Source of the DNA: Candidatus Shapirobacteria bacterium
Lineage (GTDB): Bacteria; Patescibacteriota; Microgenomatia; UBA12405; BS750m-G30
Direction of reading: 5' to 3'
Assembly: GCA_043817235.1 (NCBI GenBank)
Contig: JBDRHA010000006.1
Span: forward strand, 78,401-142,400
DNA: 64,000 bases
Shown: piece by piece, positions 38,852 through 47,475 of the stretch
Numbering within the stretch: position 1 is the stretch's first letter
Layout of the letters: every line of letters begins with the position of its first letter
Notes under the pieces: model-generated
Told to the model about the DNA's origin: nothing
Seen by the model: only the letters and a program-made list of their open reading frames with translations
Databases searched by the model: none
Position numbers and translations under genes: made by a program

Positions 38852-39343
38852 CTAAGGGCTTGTCCCTGGCGAACCCAGGATCTCGTAACTCTGCACTTCG
38901 ATCAAACTTTCCTCGATGTAGCCTCTTGCTTGAATGTTCACGCTGCCCTCGCTAGCTAGCTCCCGCAACTCCTTTGCGTACTCACCAACAATCCCGTAAT
39001 TTCTTCCCTCGGGAGTCTCCAAGGCTAGCACAGCAAAAGGCTCATTTCCCGCTAATCGAATGCGGCCAACTACTGCCACTAGCTCCCTGTCTTCATCGGT
39101 AACAGGTGAAGGGCTCGAAGCCGGGGATGGGAGTGATTCTCGGATAGGCATCACGATGGTGCAACACACTAGGATCAAAGCCGATAACAATGCCACTAGC
39201 AAGACAAGTGCTGCCGCGACACGAAATCTCACGAGGCTCCGCATGGCTCTTTCGAATCCCCTGTTGTCCACAGGAATGATATTACCAATCTGGAGGTCAA
39301 GAATCAACGCGAGCGCCCACCACTCAGCAATCGCGTTGCGCAA
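38852..39343 (-). CDS. Hypothetical membrane-anchored protein (GC-rich island)
   Basis: TM 'AALVLLVALLSALILVCCTIVM'. The strand assignment is uncertain because high GC yields long ORFs on both strands. Confidence 0.3.
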   Translation of the reverse strand: MRNAIAEWWALALILDLQIGNIIPVDNRGFERAMRSLVRFRVAAALVLLVALLSALILVCCTIVMPIRESLPSPASSPSPVTDEDRELVAVVGRIRLAGNEPFAVLALETPEGRNYGIVGEYAKELRELASEGSVNIQARGYIEESLIEVQSYEILGSPGTSP

Positions 39344-39783
39344 GGCTTGTTACTTGTTAGAGGAACGACGTTTACCCAAGCAGGGATTGTCGACCGTGAT
39401 GGCAAGGAAGGAAGGGACGTTCCGCAGTCGACTAAGGTGAAGAAGAGCAAGATGTACGATAGGTTCTGCTCTTCAAAAAACCGCGCCTCATCGAGGCACC
39501 TACCAATCATTGAAAGACTACCACAGAACCTGATTCCTGTCAAATTTGCCATGGAGAGTGCGGGAAAGCCAGAACAACCTTCTGCACCCGGCCACAGAGC
39601 CAAAAGTACCACCCGTTCCCGAAAAGCCGGCTACTCCTATGGCCTGCTCGCGGTCACTTGTGTAGCATACACTCATAGAAGTACGCTCGCCCGCCGTTTT
39701 CCAGCACTCTCCCACGGTGGGATCTCACACCCACCCTCACACCGCATCTTCAAACTGATCCGTAGCCACCCACCGAGACCCAA

Positions 39784-40419
39784 TCAGTCACTGATCATCC
39801 CCATCCGCTCCAAATCCTTCAAAGCGGACCTATACGACAACCCCTTCACTTCGGCATACAGGGAGACGGCATTGCCAACCCTGAAATCGTGAAAGCAGAC
39901 CCACCTTCCCACTCCCCCTGGATTTGGATAGACAGCAAAGGAGTGGTGAGATTCCTCATGAAGCGGGCACAGGCCCGTGTAATAGGCTCCCCTATCCTCG
40001 AGTTGAGTGAAGAGGCGGGCCACCGCCACCACGTCCGCCTCGGGCACATCAATCGCTTCTCTCCTTCTCCGCCCGGGCCTGCGCTCCGAGACCTCGGCAA
40101 CAGCCTTCCCCACAGCATCCCTATCGACCCTTACCACCTTGTCCAAGTAGTCGAGCTGCTCGCTTAGATTCCTTCCCACCCGCTCCAACGACTCTGGATC
40201 CAGGAAACCATAGCGCTCTCCGGTCACCCGATGTACGCCCAGAGGACCTCGCACCAGGGACCCGTAGCCTCTCGCCGAGATCCTGTCTTGCTTGGGGCTA
40301 CAACTTTTTGGGTGATTGAAAATAAAGAGATTGTAAAAATGTATTGGAGCTGGGAAACAATGGCTAAATATCCAAGGGAAATGTTTTCCTCGCCCCGCCT
40401 TCTTTATTGGGCGGTGCAT
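39784..40419 (-). CDS. CHC2-type (DNA-primase-like) zinc-finger protein; probably a primase N-terminal remnant. The real start is likely well inside this ORF.
   Basis: 'CPLHEESHHSFAVYP...WVCFHDFRVGNAVSLYAEVKGLSYRSAL' matches the zf-CHC2 signature (CPFHxExxPSFxV...CFGCG...). The motif sits at the C-terminal end of the ORF and no primase catalytic domain follows. Confidence 0.4.
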   Translation of the reverse strand: MHRPIKKAGRGKHFPWIFSHCFPAPIHFYNLFIFNHPKSCSPKQDRISARGYGSLVRGPLGVHRVTGERYGFLDPESLERVGRNLSEQLDYLDKVVRVDRDAVGKAVAEVSERRPGRRRREAIDVPEADVVAVARLFTQLEDRGAYYTGLCPLHEESHHSFAVYPNPGGVGRWVCFHDFRVGNAVSLYAEVKGLSYRSALKDLERMGMISD

Positions 40420-40587
40420 TCAGTTGTCCCGGTCATTTTTCTTGCTGTTGTGCCGACCCAGGTTATTATGAACTATTTGGAGTGGCCGCTGATTATAAGT
40501 GCTTTTTTTGTAACGCTAACTCTGGCTGTTTTGAGCAAAAAAGCTTGGCAAGCGGGGGTAAAAAGATACAGCGGCGTTTCGACTTAA
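40339..40587 (+). CDS. Small membrane protein (2 TM)
   Basis: Start is taken at the internal Met 'MYWSWETMAKYP'. The 5' part of the longer ORF lies in the GC-rich island and is probably not coding. Confidence 0.35.
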   Translation: MYWSWETMAKYPREMFSSPRLLYWAVHSVVPVIFLAVVPTQVIMNYLEWPLIISAFFVTLTLAVLSKKAWQAGVKRYSGVST

Positions 40588-40626
40588 ATACTTGACAGCG
40601 TATAAAGAAAGCTTTATAATTTCATA

Positions 40627-40929
40627 ATGAATACTTTAGGTTTCTCTTTTGTTGGGAGCTATGAACTAAGAAAAGATTTGCCCCTTTTAATAAAAAGTTT
40701 AAATAAAAAAAGAGGAGAAGTAGTGGTTACACAAAAAGGCAAGCCGGCGGCGGTTCTATTGTCTTTGAAGAGATATTCAGAGTTGAACTTGTTGACTGAG
40801 GAGTTAGAGGAGGCAATTAGAGAGATGGCTGATAAGCGAGAACTCCAAGAGCTCTTGCGGGAAAGAGAAGAGATTAAAAAAGGAAAAGGAAAAGAGGCTG
40901 AGGATTTATTTAAAGAACTGGGAATCTGA
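40627..40929 (+). CDS. Type II antitoxin, Phd/YefM family
   Basis: 'VVVTQKGKPAAVLLSLKRYSEL' Phd/YefM fold signature. Directly precedes the toxin gene. Confidence 0.7.
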   Translation: MNTLGFSFVGSYELRKDLPLLIKSLNKKRGEVVVTQKGKPAAVLLSLKRYSELNLLTEELEEAIREMADKRELQELLREREEIKKGKGKEAEDLFKELGI

Positions 40930-41187
40930 ATGTATAGAGCATTGTTCGGCCGGAAAGCGCAAAAATCCTTAAGAAAAATTCCCAAAAGATATCAAATTAA
41001 AGTTAAAGAAGCTGTACTCAAACTAAAAGACAACCCCTTTTGTTATGGCACAATTAAGCTTTCGGGTTATTCTGTAGCTGAGTATCGTCATCGAGTAGGA
41101 GATTATCGAATTCTTTTTGATATTTGGGAAGAAAAAGAGAGAATTTTAATTTTAGATATCAAAAGAAGGACCTCTACTACTTATTAA
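40930..41187 (+). CDS. Type II toxin, RelE/ParE (YoeB-like) family
   Basis: 'YRHRVGDYRILFDIWEEKERILILDIKRR' RelE/ParE signature. 85 aa. Start abuts the antitoxin stop. Confidence 0.7.
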   Translation: MYRALFGRKAQKSLRKIPKRYQIKVKEAVLKLKDNPFCYGTIKLSGYSVAEYRHRVGDYRILFDIWEEKERILILDIKRRTSTTY

Positions 41188-42247
41188 TTAACTCTTCCAA
41201 AATCCGCCACCTTCGTTTTTTTTCCGGTGGAGAAACATCGTCTTTAAGCTTGGTCGCTATTGTTCCTGGGCGAGGGGAGTATTTGGCTAAATATGCTTTT
41301 TGGAAGCCGATTTTTTTAGCTAGCTTAACCGTATTTTGAAATTGTTTTTTTGTTTCTGTGGGAAAGCCGACAATAACATCTGTGGTAAATAATACTTCGG
41401 GAATTGCCCTTTTAATTTTATTAACTAAATTTAGATATTCTTTAGCCATATAGGGCCGGTTCATTTTTTTTAAAATAGCATCATCTCCGGACTGCAAGGG
41501 CAAGTGAATCTCTCGGCTGATATTTTTATTTTCGGCAATCACCTTAATCAGCTCATCAGAAAAATCCCAAGGGTTGGCCGAAAGAAAACTAATTTTTTTA
41601 ACGTTCTTAATTTTAGCTATTTTTTCTAAAAGCTCGGGAAAAGAAGTATTTTTTAAATCTTTTCCGTAAGAATTAATATTTTGGCCGAGCAATAATATTT
41701 CAGAAAATCCATCTTTAAGAGCTTTTTTTACTTCAGCAAATATTACTTTTTCCGGCCGGGAAATTTCTTTTCCCCGGCCAAAAGGAACAATGCAATAAGA
41801 ACAAAAGTGATTACAGCCGTTGGAAATGGGAATTAAAGCTAAATTATTTTTAGCTCTTTTTGGTTTTACTAAAAAACCAGCCAAGTCTTCGATTAAAACC
41901 ATTTTAATTTTTAGGCCAATTCTTTTTTGGAGCACTTTAAGATTTTTATGTGTTTTGTCTAAAAGCGCCCAGCCGGCCAAGCAGCCGGTTAAAATAATTT
42001 GGCCCTGATAATTTTTCTTTTTTAAGTTATTAATTAGGCCATATGCCCGATTTTCGGCTGACTTGCGGACAATACAGCTATTTATAATAATTACTTTTGC
42101 TTTCGCAATATTTTTTGTTTCTCGATGGCCTCGAGAGTTAAAAATGCTTTTTATTCTTTCCGAATCCGCCTCATTCATGGCGCAGCCAAAAGTTTTTAAG
42201 TAATAAGTTCTTATTTTATTTGCCATTAATGAGCGATAATAACACAT
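41177..42247 (-). CDS. MiaB/RimO-family radical-SAM methylthiotransferase (no TRAM domain)
   Basis: MTTase N-terminal 'YLKTFGCAMNEADSE', radical SAM 'CNHFCSYC'. 356 aa, ends before a TRAM domain. Confidence 0.75.
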   Translation of the reverse strand: MCYYRSLMANKIRTYYLKTFGCAMNEADSERIKSIFNSRGHRETKNIAKAKVIIINSCIVRKSAENRAYGLINNLKKKNYQGQIILTGCLAGWALLDKTHKNLKVLQKRIGLKIKMVLIEDLAGFLVKPKRAKNNLALIPISNGCNHFCSYCIVPFGRGKEISRPEKVIFAEVKKALKDGFSEILLLGQNINSYGKDLKNTSFPELLEKIAKIKNVKKISFLSANPWDFSDELIKVIAENKNISREIHLPLQSGDDAILKKMNRPYMAKEYLNLVNKIKRAIPEVLFTTDVIVGFPTETKKQFQNTVKLAKKIGFQKAYLAKYSPRPGTIATKLKDDVSPPEKKRRWRILEELINK

Positions 42248-42259
42248 TAAATTTAGGCC

Positions 42260-42868
42260 TTGACAAATAAATTAAATTTCGGCATTTTAAGATTGATGAT
42301 TTTATCCGATCAAGATTTGCTCTTAGCGATAGAAGAAAAAAAATTAGTAATCGATCCTTTTGATCCCCAGCGGGTCCAGCCCTCTAGTTATGATCTTCAC
42401 TTAGACGAAAAAGTTTTAGTTTTTGAAAACCATCTTTTGGCAGTAATGGATGTTCGGGAAAAAGCAGAAGCTACGCGGTTAGTTGAAATCGATGAAAAAA
42501 AGGGATTTATTTTGCATCCGGGGGAATTCATTTTAGGCAATACCCAAGAAAAATTCGTTATTCCTAATGACTTAGCGGCTAAGCTTGAAGGCAGAAGCTC
42601 TTTGGGGAGAATTGGCCTAATTATCCATGCAACGGCTGGCTATGTGGATCCGGGTTTTTCCGGCCAGCTCACTTTTGAGATTTCCAATATTTCCCGATTG
42701 CCAATTAGAATTTTCCCTAAAATGCGCATTGCCCAAATCTGCTTTATTCAGATGACCAGTCCTGCTAAAGTTCCTTATGGCAGCCCAAAATTAGGCAGCA
42801 AATATAAAGGCCAAATGGGGCCAACCGAGAGCAGGATCTATAAAGACTTTGCCAAAAAGAGAAAATAA
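42260..42868 (+). CDS. dcd: dCTP deaminase
   Basis: 'SYDLHL', 'GRSSLGRIGL', 'DPGFSGQLTFE' motifs. Confidence 0.85.
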   Translation: MTNKLNFGILRLMILSDQDLLLAIEEKKLVIDPFDPQRVQPSSYDLHLDEKVLVFENHLLAVMDVREKAEATRLVEIDEKKGFILHPGEFILGNTQEKFVIPNDLAAKLEGRSSLGRIGLIIHATAGYVDPGFSGQLTFEISNISRLPIRIFPKMRIAQICFIQMTSPAKVPYGSPKLGSKYKGQMGPTESRIYKDFAKKRK

Positions 42869-42919
42869 TCTTATGCTATTATTGGTTAGTTATAAAACTC
42901 CTGCCCTGCCTGCACTTAA

Positions 42920-43876
42920 ATGCGAAAAGAACTAGATCCAACTTATATTAAGCAAGATGATGGCAGTTTAGTAGTGAGAGCAAGAACTCCTGGAGGGGAA
43001 ATAGTCGAAAATCTTGTTGATCGTCAGTCTCTAAATTTAGATGTTGATTATACGGATGAGCAAGGTAGCCCAAGAGTTGCTCGAATTGTTCTTGAACCTC
43101 AAATTTCAAATGTGCTAAGAGTAGATGAAATTTTGCCCAAAGACTACCAATTACATTTTTTAGCGGCAAGAAATTGCTATTCAGGTTCGTCGGACGAAGA
43201 ATTGCTTTTAGAGGCGAGAAATATTCCCAGGAAGGAAGCGGATAACTTTCTTGATAAGAATATTGTTAAACCCGGGCACTGGTCTGTTCTAGAGCATGCT
43301 CGATATGTTTATTTAATCAGCGGTATTTCGAGAGTTTGTAGTCATCAGATGGTTAGGCACAGACACATTAGTTGTAGTCAGCAAAGTCAGCGTTACACCG
43401 ATCCTATGGCTGTAGCTCTTGAAGGACAAGAGGGCGTTTTCACCTTTGTAATCCCCCCTCAATTTCGCTACGAGCAACCTGTTGTTGAAGAATATTTGAA
43501 GAGCATGAAAGAAATGATGTCTAGGTGTCTTTCTTTTAGAGCCAGGGGAGCTAAGCCTGAAGATGTCCGCTTTCTTTTTCCTAATGCGGCTACCACCAGA
43601 ATTGTTATGTCGGGAAACTTAAGGATGTGGATGGAGTTAATTCCAAAGCGTATTTGCGCCACAGCTCAACAGGAAATTGACATGGTAGTTACCCAAGTTG
43701 CGGAACAATTATGGGAAGGACTATCTTATATTGGCAACAATATCGGACCTGCTTGCTCGAAGGGCAGTTGTAATCAGGGAAAGAGAAATTGTGGGAAGTC
43801 GTTGGGGAAATCGATTACTGCTTTTTTTGGCGACGAAATTTATCCGCATGATTCCCTAATTTTTGGTATGCGCTAA
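42920..43876 (+). CDS. thyX: Flavin-dependent thymidylate synthase ThyX
   Basis: ThyX motif 'RHRHISCSQQSQRY' (RHRxxSxxxxSxR). Confidence 0.85.
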   Translation: MRKELDPTYIKQDDGSLVVRARTPGGEIVENLVDRQSLNLDVDYTDEQGSPRVARIVLEPQISNVLRVDEILPKDYQLHFLAARNCYSGSSDEELLLEARNIPRKEADNFLDKNIVKPGHWSVLEHARYVYLISGISRVCSHQMVRHRHISCSQQSQRYTDPMAVALEGQEGVFTFVIPPQFRYEQPVVEEYLKSMKEMMSRCLSFRARGAKPEDVRFLFPNAATTRIVMSGNLRMWMELIPKRICATAQQEIDMVVTQVAEQLWEGLSYIGNNIGPACSKGSCNQGKRNCGKSLGKSITAFFGDEIYPHDSLIFGMR

Positions 43877-43878
43877 AG

Positions 43879-44408
43879 ATGGACATAAAAATGGGGAAAC
43901 ACCCTTTTCCAGGATTATATGTCGCTTTTGAAGGAATTGGGGGATGCGGGAAAACTACCCAGTTAATGCGTTTAAAAAAAGAATTAGGGGCCTCATGTTC
44001 GGAAAGGGTGCTTTGGTTTCGGGAGCCAGGAGGAACCGAATTTTCCGAGGGTATAAGAAAGTTAATTTTAGATGCGGAATCTCCAGAATGTTCTGTTCTT
44101 ACAGAACTTTTTGCTTTTGCGACTGCTCGATCAGATACATTAGAAAAAATAGTTCGGCCTGCATTGCAAAAAGGAGAGCGTGGACTAATGACGACCGATT
44201 TGATCTAAAAGGCCTTGAGTTTACAGAAAGCACCCAAGAGGGGTATAAATTTTTCGCACAGAAGTTTTCAGACAGAGTGGCAACTGTAAGCGGAGAGGGC
44301 AGTCAGGAGGCTATTGGAGAGAAGATTAGGGAAATCGTTTTAGCTAAAGCGGGAGAGAAGGGCCTATTAAGGAGGGAGGGAGCAGTAATTCGGGAAAGGG
44401 GAATGTGA
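43879..44408 (+). pseudogene. tmk: Thymidylate kinase interrupted by an apparent single-base frameshift near 44170-44200. N-terminal part in frame 1 (43879-44208), C-terminal part in the 43944-44408 frame.
   Basis: P-loop 'FEGIGGCGKTT' and 'RPALQKGE' in frame 1. The 'DDRFDLKG...' (DRY/F box) and C-terminal lid continue in the other frame. Confidence 0.6.
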
Positions 44409-44486
44409 TATAATAGCTAAATTACGCACACCGAGAGTTCCTCCTAATAGTTTTTTTCTCGGTGGAGGCAAAAGGAGGGAAAAAAA

Positions 44487-45254
44487 GTGAAGAATAAAGC
44501 GTTAAAAGTGAAAAAGTCAAGCCGGGTTAAAAAAAGCAAAACTCGCTCGGCTGATTTGCTTTCCCCAATTGATTTAAAAGCTTTGTTGGAGGCAGGTTGT
44601 CATTTTGGCCATCGAGTTTCTAAAACTCACCCCAAGGCTCAGTCCTTTTTGTATGGTAAAAAAGGAGGAGTGCAAATTTTTGATTTGATTAAAACAGCTA
44701 AGTGTTTGGAAGAAGCCAGGAATTTTATTTTTAAGTTAGTATCTTCGAAAGAAGTGGTGCTTTTAGTAGGAACCAAAAGGCAAGCTAAAAAGGCAATTAA
44801 GCAAATAGCTGTGCAGACTCAAATGCCTTATGTTCATAGCCGCTGGCTTGGAGGCACTTTAACTAACTGGGAAGAAATTAGCAGGCGGGTGAAAAGACTA
44901 GAAAAACTAACTAGGCAAATGAAAGAAGGGGATTTTAAAGGAAGAACAAAAAGAGAGCAGTCTTTACTTAGAAAAGAAATTGCGGATTTAAAGGAGAAGT
45001 TTGGTGGTTTAACTAGACTTAAGGGTTTGCCGGGAGCATTGTTTATTATAGATATAGTGCGAGAAAAGATTGCCTTGCAGGAGGCAATTCAAGCAAAAGT
45101 GCCGGTAGTAGCAATTGCCGATAGCAACGCTGACCCGACCTTGGCTGCTTATCCTATTCCGGCTAACGACGATGCGCGCAGAAGCATTGAGTTAATTACC
45201 AATATTATTGGCGAGGCGATTAAAAAGGGAGAAGAGGGCAGTGGAAAAAAATAA
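44487..45254 (+). CDS. rpsB: 30S ribosomal protein S2
   Basis: 'LLEAGCHFGHRVSKTHPK' S2 signature. Confidence 0.9.
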   Translation: MKNKALKVKKSSRVKKSKTRSADLLSPIDLKALLEAGCHFGHRVSKTHPKAQSFLYGKKGGVQIFDLIKTAKCLEEARNFIFKLVSSKEVVLLVGTKRQAKKAIKQIAVQTQMPYVHSRWLGGTLTNWEEISRRVKRLEKLTRQMKEGDFKGRTKREQSLLRKEIADLKEKFGGLTRLKGLPGALFIIDIVREKIALQEAIQAKVPVVAIADSNADPTLAAYPIPANDDARRSIELITNIIGEAIKKGEEGSGKK

Positions 45255-45699
45255 ATTACTAAAACAAGTAAAAAAATTAAGAGAGGAAACGGGAACCGGG
45301 ATAATGGCTTGCAAAAAGGCCCTGGAGGAGTCTGGGGGAGATTATAAAAAGGCTTTTTTACTGGTAAAAAAGAAGGGGTTGGACAAGGCCCAGGAAAAAA
45401 AAGAAAGAGCTACTAAAGAGGGCTATGTGGCCACCTATACCCATGCCACCGGAAAAGTAGGCGCGATGGTATCACTGCTATGCGAAACTGATTTTGTTTC
45501 CCGCAGTCCTGATTTTAAAAAATTGGCTAGTGAAATTTGCTTGCAGGTTTCAGCGATGAATCCAAAAAATGTAAAATCTCTTTTGAAGCAGGATTATATA
45601 CGCGAGCCGGAAAAAAAGGTCAGCCACTTGATTGATGAGGCGATTGCCAAATTTGGAGAAAATATTCAGATAGGGGATTTTAAGAGAATAAGCATTTAA
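45241..45699 (+). CDS. tsf: Elongation factor Ts (short form)
   Basis: N-terminal UBA-like 'VKKLREETGTGIMACKKAL'. GTG start overlapping the rpsB end. Confidence 0.8.
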   Translation: MEKNKLLKQVKKLREETGTGIMACKKALEESGGDYKKAFLLVKKKGLDKAQEKKERATKEGYVATYTHATGKVGAMVSLLCETDFVSRSPDFKKLASEICLQVSAMNPKNVKSLLKQDYIREPEKKVSHLIDEAIAKFGENIQIGDFKRISI

Positions 45700-45700
45700 G

Positions 45701-46255
45701 CTACTGTCTCAAAATTTCTTTTTCTTTCTCCTTATTGATCTCGTCTGTTTTAGCTGAATACTCGTCGGTGATTTTTTGTAAAAGATCTTCTAGCCGGCGA
45801 TATTCATCTTCACTAATCCTTTTTTCTTTTTGATCTTCTTGAAGAGCGCGGCGATGCTCAGAGCGGATATCCCTAATCATTACTTTAGCTGCTTCTGTTT
45901 TTTTATTAAGCAATTTAAGATAATCCTGGCGTTGCTGGGCGGTGAGCGGGGGAAGCGAGATTCTAATTATTTCGCCTTCAATAACGGGATTAAATCCTAA
46001 GTTTTGGTTGTCAATTTGATTTTTAATCTCTTTAATAATACTTTTGTCCCAAGCTTGCAAAACCAAGCTTCGGGGGTCTGGGGCAGTGATTGTTCCTACT
46101 TCTTTTAAAGAAAGCCTTTGTTCGCCGTTATAAACATTAATTATAATATCTTCAATTAAAGCCGGAGTGGCTCGGCCGGTGCGCAAAACAGCCGTATCTT
46201 GCTTATAAAGATCAATAACCTGCTCCATTTCTTTTCTTATTTGTTTATCATCCAT
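45701..46255 (-). CDS. frr: Ribosome recycling factor
   Basis: Full-length RRF similarity 'LRTGRATPALIEDIIINVYG...'. Confidence 0.9.
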   Translation of the reverse strand: MDDKQIRKEMEQVIDLYKQDTAVLRTGRATPALIEDIIINVYNGEQRLSLKEVGTITAPDPRSLVLQAWDKSIIKEIKNQIDNQNLGFNPVIEGEIIRISLPPLTAQQRQDYLKLLNKKTEAAKVMIRDIRSEHRRALQEDQKEKRISEDEYRRLEDLLQKITDEYSAKTDEINKEKEKEILRQ

Positions 46256-46275
46256 GGTTAAAGTATACTACAAGA

Positions 46276-47370
46276 ATGTTTTCCTTGCTAATCTTCATTT
46301 TCGCTCTTTCTGTTTTAATTATTGTCCATGAATTGGGCCATTTTTGGGCGGCGCGAAGAAAGGGAGTGCTGGTCGAAGAGTTTGGCCTGGGCTATCCGCC
46401 TCGGGCATTGGGTAAAAAAATAGGGGAAACGCTTTATTCTTTAAATTGGCTTCCTTTGGGTGGATTTGTAAGGATTTTGGGAGAAGTGGAATATGGCGAG
46501 AAAATACCGGAAAAATTAAAAAAAAGATCATTGTCTTCCCAAAGCCTAAAAACTAGATTTTTAGTTACGGTAGCTGGGGTAGGGATGAATCTTGTTTTGG
46601 GCGTTGCGATCTTCGCTATTGTTTATTCCGTTTTGGGGATCCCCCGGAGGACTGATTTTATAACAGTAGTTGATGTTTCTCAAGATTCACCTGCGCAAGC
46701 GGCTGGAATTGAAAGCGGCGACAGAATACTGGTTGTCCAGGCAGGGGAGTTTACTCAGGATATTGATCAGATAGACGCTCTTATTAACTTTGCTAACGAG
46801 CATGCGGGTAGTCAAATAAAATTACTGATTGGTCGGAATAACCAGGAAGATTTTTGGGCGGAAGTTGTTCCGCGCCAAAACCCCCCTGAAGGACAGGGAG
46901 CAATGGGCGTAGTTATTTCTCAAACAGAAATCTATATGCCGCCTCTTTGGCAGCGGCCTTTTTGGGGGGCAAAAGAGGGCTTTCAAGAAGCTTATTTTTG
47001 GGGTAAAACAATTGTTTTGGGAATAGGTCAAACTTTGGCCAGCTTGGCTCAAGGAAAAGCGCCGCAAAACATTGCTGGTCCGGTGGGTATTTATCAGGCA
47101 ACCTCCACAATTCAAAAAGAATCGGGCAATTGGGCTGTTCTTCATTTTTTTGGAGTTCTTTCGGTAAATTTGGCGGTGGTGAATTTACTTCCCTTTCCGG
47201 CGCTAGACGGCTCGCGTATTTGGCTGCTTGCTTGGGAGGGGGTTGCCAAAAAAAGGCCAAACCCCAAAATAGAATTTTGGCTTTATCAAATCGGAATATT
47301 CTTTTTGATTCTTCTTCTTGTCTTGGTGACTTTTGCGGATATTCGCCGGCTTAAAAACAGCGGCGTTTAA
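46276..47370 (+). CDS. rseP: RIP metalloprotease RseP (M50) with a PDZ domain
   Basis: 'HELGHF' HExxH in TM1, PDZ 'GIESGDRILVV', 'LPFPALDG' motif. Confidence 0.85.
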   Translation: MFSLLIFIFALSVLIIVHELGHFWAARRKGVLVEEFGLGYPPRALGKKIGETLYSLNWLPLGGFVRILGEVEYGEKIPEKLKKRSLSSQSLKTRFLVTVAGVGMNLVLGVAIFAIVYSVLGIPRRTDFITVVDVSQDSPAQAAGIESGDRILVVQAGEFTQDIDQIDALINFANEHAGSQIKLLIGRNNQEDFWAEVVPRQNPPEGQGAMGVVISQTEIYMPPLWQRPFWGAKEGFQEAYFWGKTIVLGIGQTLASLAQGKAPQNIAGPVGIYQATSTIQKESGNWAVLHFFGVLSVNLAVVNLLPFPALDGSRIWLLAWEGVAKKRPNPKIEFWLYQIGIFFLILLLVLVTFADIRRLKNSGV

Positions 47371-47475
47371 AGATCATCTTGTAATTATCTCCTTTTGTTC
47401 TAACTCCCTCTTGACATTAATTTTAAAATGCTTTTTAATGGAGATAATCTAAAATTTTAGCTAGAGATTAATTAA

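Noticed and set aside
38032-39892. Several plus-strand ORFs inside the GC-rich island (38295-38597, 39060-39440, 39347-39892, among others)
   Set aside because: High GC suppresses stop codons on all frames. These ORFs have Arg/Pro/Ser-rich compositions and no motifs. The minus-strand ORFs carry the recognisable TM, HExxH and zinc-finger features.
43944-44408. Separate 154-aa ORF
   Set aside because: It is the frameshifted C-terminal half of tmk, not an independent gene.
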